Source of the DNA: Myxococcota bacterium
Lineage (GTDB): Bacteria > Myxococcota > UBA4151
NCBI GenBank assembly: GCA_040260805.1
Contig: JBDQPD010000046.1
Coordinates: 1-25,438 of the forward strand
Length of the DNA stretch: 25,438 bases
Direction of reading: 5' to 3'
Below the pieces are notes generated by a model, which saw only the letters and a program-made list of their open reading frames with translations, ran no database searches and was not told the origin of the DNA. Positions 10,198-18,930 of the stretch are shown here, piece by piece. Numbering within the stretch: the stretch's first letter is position 1; every line of letters starts with the position of its first letter. A program made the position numbers and the translations under genes.

Positions 10198-12315
10198 CTA
10201 GAGCGGGAATCGTCTACTGACCCACCAGGACCCAAAGCGCAGCATGATCGACTCCGAACCGGCAGGTAGGACGACTGAGTAGCGCCGAACCGCACCTTGG
10301 GGATCGAGTTCCAGGACATCGTGCAGTGCGCCCTCAGGCTCGATGAGAACCACCAGCTCACCCTCAGGGGCTTCAGGCCCGACTTCAATGACTAGCTGGC
10401 TAAAGTTACGGCTAAACACCAACCACTCAGGTTCCTCGATCTTAAACGGGCCTGCTTTGCCATCGCAATCGTAAGCGACGCGAGCGCCGCTCGGGAAGCG
10501 CATGGTCCCTGTGGTCCACGGCGACAGCACATAAGGGTGGGTGCCGCTTCGTAGCTGACCCTGGCTATCGTATTGGCGCCAGATCTGATCAACGGGCGAG
10601 AGCAGCGCGTGTCCGGTTCCAAAGGCCGGGACGTAGCGGTCAGCAGGCATCAGCGTGCAGCGCGGCGGTTTACCGTCGTTGGGCGGCACCTCCCGCTGCA
10701 TTCGCGGAACGCCCTCAAGGGCGGTGTTGAACAGATCCATGTAACCATCAAAGTCGATGTCCGTTCGGACCATCGCCCGTGTCGAGTAGGTGTAGTCCTC
10801 ATTGCGACTGTCTTGGCTGGTCGAAGGCGCCAAGCCGACCTCGTCCGAGTGCATCGTAAATTGACGCGACTCCTTCTGCAGGAGGGCGGCATCAAAGTGC
10901 ATCGGATATTCTCTCACTGCGCTTGATTTGGTGCCGCCTTGAGCGACCAAAAGGTCATCGCGACCGTCTCGGTCTAAGTCGTCTGAGAAGACCCCCCAGC
11001 TAAAGGTGGGCGTCCCATCGTAAAGAGTGACACCCAGCTGATTCGCAAGGTCAGGGCTCTCAAGTACGCCCGTAGCGACCGCCCGGTTCCGGCCAAGGTC
11101 TGTAAAATAAACAACATCACCCATTCCCTCGACGCGCACCACAGCGCTGCCCATGTAGCCGCCCCATGCCAAGTTCTGAAAGCCAGCCCTGACCGGGAAA
11201 TAGCGGCATCGGTCCAGCGGGGTGCAGCTCATGTAGATACCGCCAGGGTCGGGCTCTAGGTATTGGGGTCTTGTGGCTTCGTCTTCGCTGACCAAAATAT
11301 CCCAGAGGCCGTCCCCGTTGAGTTCGGCTGCTCCGAGACCGAGCGTCGAGCCCCAAGCTTCGAGTAAGATCGGGTTGTCACGGTTCCATTCTTCGGGCTC
11401 GACGTATTCAAAACCGCCGTCGGGCAGCTGTCGAAACAGCAGATGGTAGCCTGACTCGCCGTGTGCGCCGATGTCGTCGAACTGGCAGCCGATCAGGATG
11501 TCGATAAGACCATCAAGATCAAAATCAATGCTCAGGGCAGCGCCCACGTTGCAGCTGTCCCGATCGTCTTCGGTTGGGACCAAAGCATGCAGATCAATTT
11601 GCTCGAGCCGAGGATGAAAGCGCTGCACCCGAATCGTATGCATGCCGGTCATGATCAACTCATGGTACCCATCACCCTCGAGATCCGTGCCAAAGCCACC
11701 GCTGATTCCGGGCCGCTTAAAACCGCAGAAGAGGTCGTCGCGTACGAAGTGTGGATTCGAGGGTGTTGAATCGTTTCGGTAGATACATGAGGGCGTATCG
11801 ACGTTACCGCCACGGCCTTGGGTGCCAATGAACAGATCAAGGTCTTGATCACCATCCATGTCAAAGGGCGTCACCCCAAAGCCAAAGTCACCGTATGCCG
11901 AGGCGCTCCGCCGCTCATTGCCTGAGGGGATGGTTGAGAGATGGTCCGCAAACGCTAAGCCATGAACCCGCTCAAAGAGGATACCGAACTCAGGGGTGGG
12001 GCGGTTGAGGCATTGCCCTTGATGGCAGCGCTCGGTGTCTAAACAGTCACCATGGACCAGGCATTCACCGTCAAAGCATTGTCCGTAGACCGAGCAGGCT
12101 TGACCTTCTGGACACGCATCGCCTTGCCCGCATCCGCCGGCGTCAGCATCGGGGGCGGCGGTCGCGGCATCGCTCGCACCTGCATCGGCGATGCTGACGC
12201 CCGCATCGACGCTAGCATCGGCGGTCACAAGCCCCGCATCTGCCGGCGCTACAGGGGACTCATCACAAGCCAGGGCACCGAACAGTGCGATCACAAAGCA
12301 CAACGTCTTTTTCAT
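10198..12315 (-). CDS. Paralog A (705 aa): lipoprotein with Cys-rich stalk, FG-GAP/VCBS-type (CRTAC1-like) repeats and conserved C-terminal domain
   Basis: Start MKKTLCFVIALFGALA-C at 12315 has an ATGA overlap with the upstream stop. DAG linker, 2 four-Cys modules, and Ca-binding-type loops DMDGDQDLD, DFDLDGLID, ELNGDGLWD, DLDRDGRDD, DIDFDGYMD. Confidence 0.85.
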   Translation of the reverse strand: MKKTLCFVIALFGALACDESPVAPADAGLVTADASVDAGVSIADAGASDAATAAPDADAGGCGQGDACPEGQACSVYGQCFDGECLVHGDCLDTERCHQGQCLNRPTPEFGILFERVHGLAFADHLSTIPSGNERRSASAYGDFGFGVTPFDMDGDQDLDLFIGTQGRGGNVDTPSCIYRNDSTPSNPHFVRDDLFCGFKRPGISGGFGTDLEGDGYHELIMTGMHTIRVQRFHPRLEQIDLHALVPTEDDRDSCNVGAALSIDFDLDGLIDILIGCQFDDIGAHGESGYHLLFRQLPDGGFEYVEPEEWNRDNPILLEAWGSTLGLGAAELNGDGLWDILVSEDEATRPQYLEPDPGGIYMSCTPLDRCRYFPVRAGFQNLAWGGYMGSAVVRVEGMGDVVYFTDLGRNRAVATGVLESPDLANQLGVTLYDGTPTFSWGVFSDDLDRDGRDDLLVAQGGTKSSAVREYPMHFDAALLQKESRQFTMHSDEVGLAPSTSQDSRNEDYTYSTRAMVRTDIDFDGYMDLFNTALEGVPRMQREVPPNDGKPPRCTLMPADRYVPAFGTGHALLSPVDQIWRQYDSQGQLRSGTHPYVLSPWTTGTMRFPSGARVAYDCDGKAGPFKIEEPEWLVFSRNFSQLVIEVGPEAPEGELVVLIEPEGALHDVLELDPQGAVRRYSVVLPAGSESIMLRFGSWWVSRRFPL

Positions 12316-14459
12316 GGGCGCTCCCACCAACGCGGTATCCATCGGTCCCCTAGGCGAATCATGACCGCCTGAGTACTCTCCGGCAAGGGCACTCTCCATT
12401 GCCCAGCGGCGATCTCTTCTCCCGCAACCAAGGACCGCTCGTGATCACTCAGGGCGCTCACGCTGCCCGCTGGACCGAGGTCGCTGATCTGGACAAGCCA
12501 ACCTTGCTCGCCGCGCTGAAGCGTGAGCCAATCTGGCTCTTCAACCAGAATCGGCCCCGCAGTCTGTTCGCAGTCAAAGGGTACGACGGCTCCGCTTGGA
12601 AACCGGATCGCCGCACGGGACCACGGGCTGACGACAAACGGAGAGGTGCCGCTGCGCAGCTGCCCCTGGCTGTCCCATTGGCGCGCTAATCCGCCCTCCG
12701 GAGGTACCAATGCGTGTCCGACACCAAAGGCTGGTGCGTAACGAGCTTTGGGAATGATCGTACACCGCGGCGTATGTTCGGCGGTGGTCAGCACTTCACG
12801 GTGAAGGCGGGGGGCGCCCTCTTTGCCACCGCTCAAGAACTCAAGCGTCCCATCGCCGTCGAGATCGACCTTGATCAGACCACGACTTGAGTAGACGCGT
12901 TGTTCCGTTCGGCTGTCCGCATGCGTAAACGGCGCAAGCCCCCGGTCGGCGCTGTGGAGGTTGAATCGGCCATCGTCTGTCTGAAGGAAGAGGGCGTCAA
13001 AGTGGGTGGCGTGAGTATCGACGGACGGCAACCAGACGGCGCCTTGGTTCAGCATGAAGTCATCTCGTCCATCTCGGTTGTAGTCATCGACCGCCACGCC
13101 CCAAGAAAACATCATATCCTGACCGATATAGCCCATTTGTGTTCGACTGCGTTGGGCAAAATCGCGGGCACTTCGCCCCGGACGGACTTGGACCATCCGG
13201 TTGTTCCCGGTGTTCGAGAAATAAGTCACTTCGCCTAAACCCTCGAGGATCATCACGCCGCTGCCCATGTAACCACCCGCCGCCATCTGCGGTTCGGCTA
13301 AGCGATAGGGCTCGAATCCGCATGAGGTGTCCGGCGGGCAGCGAAGGTAGATACCACCCGGATCGATTTGCCCGCTCAAGAAGAGCTCCGGGATCGCCGT
13401 TCCTTCATCCTCGTTGACCAGTAAGTCGAGCAGGCCGTCGTCGTCGAGATCGGCTGCTCCTAGCGCAAGCGTTGAGCCGAGCGCGTGCAGTAAGATCGGA
13501 TCTTCGCGGTCCCATTCGCCGCGGTCGAGATGACGCAGCCCGCCTCGACCATCGCCAGCGAAGGCGAGGTTGATCAGCGAGTTGCCGTGTTGGTCGTTGG
13601 TATCCCATTGGCAGCCGACCAAAACATCGAGGTGCCCATCGTGGTTGAGGTCAAAGCTGACCGCAGCCCCTGCGTTGCAGTTTCTGCGGGCGTCGCCCTC
13701 GGGCAGTAAATCGAGAAGTTCGATCTGCTCAGCGCGTGGATAGAAGCGTTGTAAGGTGGCGCGCTTGGGCCCGGTCATGAGCAACTCGTGACGTCCGTCT
13801 TGATCGAGATCGAGCCCGTGACCGCCGGTCGGTGGGTTCGGTAGCTGCGAGCAATAGTCAGCGACAGGTACAAAGGCTAACGACCCTGGCGCGCTTTGGT
13901 TGCGGTAGAGACACGCTGGGCTTGAGCCAGGCGAGTCGTAGCCTTGACCGATAAACAGGTCGAGGTCTTGGTCGCCGTCAAAATCAAGCAACGCCATCCC
14001 AAATCCAACATCGGTGCAGACGTGCATCCCCGGCCGGTCGCAGGGGTCTTCAAAGACCGCGACATGCTCCTCAAAGGCATCGATGAACACGCGCTCAAGG
14101 ACAAAGCCTGGCTCAGGGCGGTTCAGGCAGACACCTTCTCGGCAGCGTTGATTATCCTCACAGTCACCATGGCTGAGGCATTCTCCCTGATAACAGCGGC
14201 CGACATCCGAGCACTTGAGACCGTCCTGGCAGTCGCTATCGGCCAAGCACGCATCCGGCGCAACGCAGCGATCTTCAACGCATCGCCAGCCTTCATCACA
14301 GCCGTGGGCGCATTCGACCATTCCGACGTCGGGCGCGCCGGCGTCCAAGCCTCCGGCATCAACGCTCGAAGCGTCGACATCAATGACCCCTGCATCGGAT
14401 ACGGGCGTGTCCGTCGAGCAGGCGACGAAGATCAGGAGGCAACAGGCTAGCGTCTTCAT
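12312..14459 (-). CDS. Paralog B (715 aa): Cys-stalk FG-GAP-type lipoprotein
   Basis: Start MKTLACCLLIFVA-C at 14459 (ATGA overlap). 3 four-Cys modules; DFDGDQDLD, DLNHDGHLD, DLDDDGLLD, DYNRDGRDD, DLDGDGTLE. Confidence 0.85.
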   Translation of the reverse strand: MKTLACCLLIFVACSTDTPVSDAGVIDVDASSVDAGGLDAGAPDVGMVECAHGCDEGWRCVEDRCVAPDACLADSDCQDGLKCSDVGRCYQGECLSHGDCEDNQRCREGVCLNRPEPGFVLERVFIDAFEEHVAVFEDPCDRPGMHVCTDVGFGMALLDFDGDQDLDLFIGQGYDSPGSSPACLYRNQSAPGSLAFVPVADYCSQLPNPPTGGHGLDLDQDGRHELLMTGPKRATLQRFYPRAEQIELLDLLPEGDARRNCNAGAAVSFDLNHDGHLDVLVGCQWDTNDQHGNSLINLAFAGDGRGGLRHLDRGEWDREDPILLHALGSTLALGAADLDDDGLLDLLVNEDEGTAIPELFLSGQIDPGGIYLRCPPDTSCGFEPYRLAEPQMAAGGYMGSGVMILEGLGEVTYFSNTGNNRMVQVRPGRSARDFAQRSRTQMGYIGQDMMFSWGVAVDDYNRDGRDDFMLNQGAVWLPSVDTHATHFDALFLQTDDGRFNLHSADRGLAPFTHADSRTEQRVYSSRGLIKVDLDGDGTLEFLSGGKEGAPRLHREVLTTAEHTPRCTIIPKARYAPAFGVGHALVPPEGGLARQWDSQGQLRSGTSPFVVSPWSRAAIRFPSGAVVPFDCEQTAGPILVEEPDWLTLQRGEQGWLVQISDLGPAGSVSALSDHERSLVAGEEIAAGQWRVPLPESTQAVMIRLGDRWIPRWWERP

Positions 14460-16768
14460 GGCGCCGGCTCCACGTTGAACCACAAGGCCAGCCAGCGCTG
14501 GCCAAAGCGAATCATGACCCGCTCGGTTCCGTTGGGGAGCACCATACGGTGCTCACGTTCGCTCAGCGATTCAGCGGGGAGTCTTTGAGCGCTTGGTTCA
14601 ACCCAAACACTCACGGCGCCCCCTGGGTGACCCTGAGGGGTCTCGATGATCAGATTCGTTCCCGTTTGACGCAGCGAGAGCCATTCGGGCTCGACCACGA
14701 CGGTGGGGCCGACGCGGTCACCGCAGTCAAACGGCACCAGCTTACCGCTTGGGAACCTAAGCTCGCCGCGGCGTGTGGTGGTCAGGATAAACGGGGAGGT
14801 GCTGCTTCGAATCTGACCCTGGCTGTCCCAGGCGGTTTCTCGATCGCCGAACTTAACCCGGTAGCCGGTGCCAAAACCTGGAACATATCGACTGCGCGGA
14901 ATCAGCGTGCAGCGCGGCCGATGATCGCCGGCGAGCGGGACCTCTCGATGAACCCGAGGTGCACCTTCTAGTCCGGTGCTGATCAGATCGAGATGACCAT
15001 TATAATCCCAATCCGACTTGAGCACGGCTCGAGTGGCGTAGACAAAGGTGTCGTTGTTCGAGTCTTCGGTGGTGAGCGGCGTAATGCCGACCTCGTCGCT
15101 GTACAGCTGAAAACGGTTCGTTGCCTGCAACATCAGAGCGTCGAAATGCGTTCGGTACTCGTGCGGACGACCTGCTTTGACTGAGCCTTGACCGATGAAC
15201 AGGTCATCTCGACCGTCGCGATTGAAATCGTCGACCACCACCCCCCAGCTAAAAAGGGCTACGTTGTCGAGCATGCTCAGATCGGCTCTCCATTCAGGCG
15301 CTATTGAGGAGCGAGGCAACAGATCGGTTGGGACCAAACGATTGGTCCCAAGGTCGGTGAAGTAAGCCGCCTTACCGATCGAATGCAGGTCAAGGATACC
15401 GCTGCCCATATAAGCGCCAAAGCGGCTTTCGTCCGGAGCCAATGGCGCCGCTTCAAACGCACAATCGTGACCCGGCTCGCAGCGTAAATAGATCCCGCCA
15501 GCCTCAACCTGGACTTGAACATCGCGAATCACTGAGTCGTGACTAGCGAGCAGATCTTGTAAGCCGTTGCGATCGATATCGACCGCCCCCAAGGCGAGCG
15601 TGTTCGCATTGGACTGCAAGACGAGCGGCCAGTCCGCTGCGGGAGCCACCCTAAATCCATGGTCTGGGGTCTGAATGAAGAGCAGCTTTCGGTAGCTGGT
15701 GCGATCAAAGGGGCTGAGCTCGGTTTGGCAACCGACCAGCAGGTCGATGCGTCCATCATAGTTGAAGTCCAGGCTCACGAGTGAGCCCACCAAGCAGCCG
15801 TCACCGCGTTGCTCAGCGGGTACCAAGTTCATCAAGTCGAGCTGTCGTGGTTCGGGCGCAAACCATTGCAAGGTCAGGTGCCGGAGTCCGGCTAATAAGA
15901 GCTCATGCACGCCGTCGTTGTTGACGTCCGTCGCAAAGCCACCATGGACGGGAGCGCCACGCCATTCGCAGTGTCCCTCAACGGGGACAAAGCGGGCTTG
16001 TCCCGGGAGCGATTCATTAGCGTAGAGACAGGCATGAACCGTCGAGGTCGCATCAGGGGCTTGGCTCCCTAAGAAGAGGTCCAAGTCCAAGTCGCCGTCA
16101 TAATCGAGTAAAGCAGCGCCAAAGCCCCATTCACCCTCCATCCATATCGAGCGATCAGGCGTCTGATCCGGTAAGGGGGACTGATGCGCTTCGAGCGCGT
16201 CCAGTCGAACGCGTTCGAACATAATCGCAGGGTCGAGGGAGAGCCGGGCTCTGCACACCGAGCTGCTGCAGTGTTGTTGATCCAAGCAATCGCTATCGGT
16301 CAGGCACTCCAAGTCCGTGCATTGCCTCAGGTCACTGCAGCGCTGCGCTTCTGGACAGTCGCTGTCGCTGAGGCAATCTGTTGGCGTCTCAATGCACCTT
16401 TTGAGCACACAGGCCGCTGCCGGCGGGCAGTCTCGATCGACAGAGCACTCAAAGGGCAAACAGTGCCCTGTTTCGTATTGGCATTGTTGAGCATCCGGAC
16501 AGGGGCATCGGCTGATGCAACGGTCATCGATGCACCGCAGGCCTTCGGGACAAACTGGCGAGCAGCGCTCTTGCCCAGCATCGGCCTGAGCGCCTGCATC
16601 GAACTCGGAGTCGCCCGCATCCAAGATGACATTGGTTGCATCCAAGATGACATTGGCTGCATCGAGCGCTGCAGAGGCATCTGAAGCGGGTACGACGCCG
16701 GTGTCAGCGGGGGTGCTTGCCGCCGAGCACCCAAGGCAAAATAAGATCAGCAGATGACGTCTTTTCAT
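14456..16768 (-). CDS. Paralog C (770 aa): Cys-stalk FG-GAP-type lipoprotein with the longest stalk
   Basis: Start MKRRHLLILFCLG-C at 16768 (ATGA overlap). 20 stalk cysteines (5 modules); DYDGDLDLD, DFNYDGRID, DIDRNGLQD, DFNRDGRDD, DWDYNGHLD. Confidence 0.85.
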   Translation of the reverse strand: MKRRHLLILFCLGCSAASTPADTGVVPASDASAALDAANVILDATNVILDAGDSEFDAGAQADAGQERCSPVCPEGLRCIDDRCISRCPCPDAQQCQYETGHCLPFECSVDRDCPPAAACVLKRCIETPTDCLSDSDCPEAQRCSDLRQCTDLECLTDSDCLDQQHCSSSVCRARLSLDPAIMFERVRLDALEAHQSPLPDQTPDRSIWMEGEWGFGAALLDYDGDLDLDLFLGSQAPDATSTVHACLYANESLPGQARFVPVEGHCEWRGAPVHGGFATDVNNDGVHELLLAGLRHLTLQWFAPEPRQLDLMNLVPAEQRGDGCLVGSLVSLDFNYDGRIDLLVGCQTELSPFDRTSYRKLLFIQTPDHGFRVAPAADWPLVLQSNANTLALGAVDIDRNGLQDLLASHDSVIRDVQVQVEAGGIYLRCEPGHDCAFEAAPLAPDESRFGAYMGSGILDLHSIGKAAYFTDLGTNRLVPTDLLPRSSIAPEWRADLSMLDNVALFSWGVVVDDFNRDGRDDLFIGQGSVKAGRPHEYRTHFDALMLQATNRFQLYSDEVGITPLTTEDSNNDTFVYATRAVLKSDWDYNGHLDLISTGLEGAPRVHREVPLAGDHRPRCTLIPRSRYVPGFGTGYRVKFGDRETAWDSQGQIRSSTSPFILTTTRRGELRFPSGKLVPFDCGDRVGPTVVVEPEWLSLRQTGTNLIIETPQGHPGGAVSVWVEPSAQRLPAESLSEREHRMVLPNGTERVMIRFGQRWLALWFNVEPAP
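16617..16663. repeat. 21-bp in-frame tandem duplication in the linker of paralog C
   Basis: gcatccaagatgacattggtt / gcatccaagatgacattggct / gcatc, with 1 mismatch; encodes DAANVIL-DATNVIL on the minus strand. Confidence 0.92.
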
Positions 16769-18930
16769 AGAGGCCACCACCTCCCGAGCCAGCGTTCACC
16801 AAAACGCAGCATAAAGCGTTCCGAGTTTGGCGGTAGGGTTACATGATGCAAGCCAGCTCCTTGGTCTTCGGTCGCTAACAACTCACCGCTAGGCTTGACC
16901 AGCACGGTGAGGACACCCTCAGGGGCTCCTGCGTCCAACGTCACATGAAGCTGATTCGATGTACGCTCTGTGGCCAGCCACTCAGGCTCTTCAAGGACGA
17001 TCGGTCCGGGCTGCCCTTGGCAGTCAAACGCAACGACGGCGCCGCTTGGGAAGCGGACACTGCCTTGTTGCCATGGGCTCAAAATATACGGCGTAGTGCC
17101 GCTTTTGAGCTGCCCCTGACTGTCCCACTTACGCCAGGTTTGGTCGTCACCTGAGCGAAAGGCATGACCCACACCAAAACCCGGAACGTAGCGACTGCGC
17201 GGGATCAGGGTGCACCGTGGAGCGGCTCCAACGAGAGGCACCTCGCGGTGCAGGCGCGGGCGACCCTCGATACCCAGTTCCACGGTGTCGATGAAGCCAT
17301 CGTTGTCCAGATCAGCCCGAAGCAGGGCTCGCCCGGCATACGGGTATTCTTCGACGCCGCTGTCTTCGGGTGAATAGGGTTGAAGCCCGACGTCTTCGCT
17401 GTGGAGCGTGAAGCGACCACGCGCATCTTGTTGCAGAAAGGCTGGAAAATGCGTGGCGTATTCGATGGGCGGCATGGCTTTGATAGCGCCTTGCGACACC
17501 AAGAGATCGTCTCGTCCATCTCGATTGTAATCATCGACCGCAATCCCCCAGCTAAACAGCGGCAGACCTTCGCTTTGTGAGAGGTCGACGTTCGACGCGA
17601 GGGCAAAGTCGCGGATCCGCTCGCCATTCACTTGAGCCAGTCGGTTGGGTCCAAAGTCCGTAAAGTAGACGAGCTCACCGCGTCCTTCGACATAGATCAC
17701 CGCGCTGCCCATCAAGCCACCATGCGCCCGCTCATCTCGCCCGAGTCGAAAGGGTCGGAACTGGCATGTTTGCCTGGGGTCGCAGCGAAAGTAGACCCCG
17801 CCGGGGTCCGTCTCGATGTCAGGCGGTCGAGTGTAAAAGTCTTCCGAGACCATCAGGTCGATCAAGCCGTCGTCATTAAGGTCAGTGGCACCCAGGGCGA
17901 TGGTTGAGTTCTGAGCCTCGAGCAGGAGCGGTTGGTCTTGATTCCAATCGCCTCGGTCAAGCGCTGTGAAGCGACCGTCCTCATCTTGTACAAAAACCAA
18001 GTGGAGCACAGATTGTCCGTGCTCATCGATCTTTGTGAAGTGACAGGCGACGACCAGATCGAGTCGACCGTCGTAATTTAAGTCCAAATTCACTGCGGCG
18101 CCTGCGTTGCAATCGCGCCGAGGGTTGTCCTCAGGAATCAGCGCCAAGAGGTCGAGCACTTCGAACTGCGGATGAAAACGTATGAGCTCCACCACTCGAT
18201 CGCCCGTCACCACAAGTTCGTGGTAGCCGTCACCCTCGACGTCAAAGCCATAACCGCCGCTCCAGTCTCTTTTAGGCTCAGCGCACAGGGGCGTGGCTCG
18301 AAATTCGGGTTGCGCGCCGAGCGAGATGTTCTCGTACACACAAGGAGCGCTTCCACCCTCAAGGTGGGCGCTCTGGATACCGACAAATAGATCCAAGTCG
18401 TGATCGCCATCCATATCGAAAAGCGCAGCGCCAAAGCCAAAGTCGCCGTAGATGTCTCGCTGACGAGTCTCCTCGAGGCTCGGCATTAAGGAGATATGGT
18501 TGTGCAGCGCCTCAGGTCGATATCGTTCAAAGACGATACCCTGCTCTGAGGTCACTCGGTTAAGGCATTGGCGATTAACGCAACGTTGCGTTGCGTCGCA
18601 GTCGTCGTGCGTCAGGCATTCATGGTCATGGCACCGCCCCAAACTCGAACAGCTCTGGTTGGCGATGCATTGACCGTCATTCTCACAAGAACCATCGGGT
18701 CCGACGTCGGTCTGACCTGCGTCCATCACGGAGACGTCCGTTGCTCCCGAGTCGATCATGCCGAGATCGGCCGAGCCTGCATCGAGGACCGGATCGACAG
18801 GCGCTGATGGAGCCTCCAACAACGAGCAAGCGCCGCACATGAGCGCGATCAGCGAGAGCGTTGTGATCCTGGCACCGCCCAGCTGACCGCCCGATTCTGC
18901 GCTGAGCCTCTCGAGCTTGGGTTTAATCAA
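16765..18930 (-). CDS. Paralog D (about 721 aa, start uncertain): Cys-stalk FG-GAP-type lipoprotein
   Basis: Probable TTG start at 18930 overlapping the upstream TAA. Signal-like segment RITTLSLIALMCGA-C; 2 four-Cys modules; DMDGDHDLD, DLNYDGRLD, DLNDDGLID, DYNRDGRDD, DLDNDGFID. Confidence 0.8.
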   Translation of the reverse strand: MIKPKLERLSAESGGQLGGARITTLSLIALMCGACSLLEAPSAPVDPVLDAGSADLGMIDSGATDVSVMDAGQTDVGPDGSCENDGQCIANQSCSSLGRCHDHECLTHDDCDATQRCVNRQCLNRVTSEQGIVFERYRPEALHNHISLMPSLEETRQRDIYGDFGFGAALFDMDGDHDLDLFVGIQSAHLEGGSAPCVYENISLGAQPEFRATPLCAEPKRDWSGGYGFDVEGDGYHELVVTGDRVVELIRFHPQFEVLDLLALIPEDNPRRDCNAGAAVNLDLNYDGRLDLVVACHFTKIDEHGQSVLHLVFVQDEDGRFTALDRGDWNQDQPLLLEAQNSTIALGATDLNDDGLIDLMVSEDFYTRPPDIETDPGGVYFRCDPRQTCQFRPFRLGRDERAHGGLMGSAVIYVEGRGELVYFTDFGPNRLAQVNGERIRDFALASNVDLSQSEGLPLFSWGIAVDDYNRDGRDDLLVSQGAIKAMPPIEYATHFPAFLQQDARGRFTLHSEDVGLQPYSPEDSGVEEYPYAGRALLRADLDNDGFIDTVELGIEGRPRLHREVPLVGAAPRCTLIPRSRYVPGFGVGHAFRSGDDQTWRKWDSQGQLKSGTTPYILSPWQQGSVRFPSGAVVAFDCQGQPGPIVLEEPEWLATERTSNQLHVTLDAGAPEGVLTVLVKPSGELLATEDQGAGLHHVTLPPNSERFMLRFGERWLGRWWPL

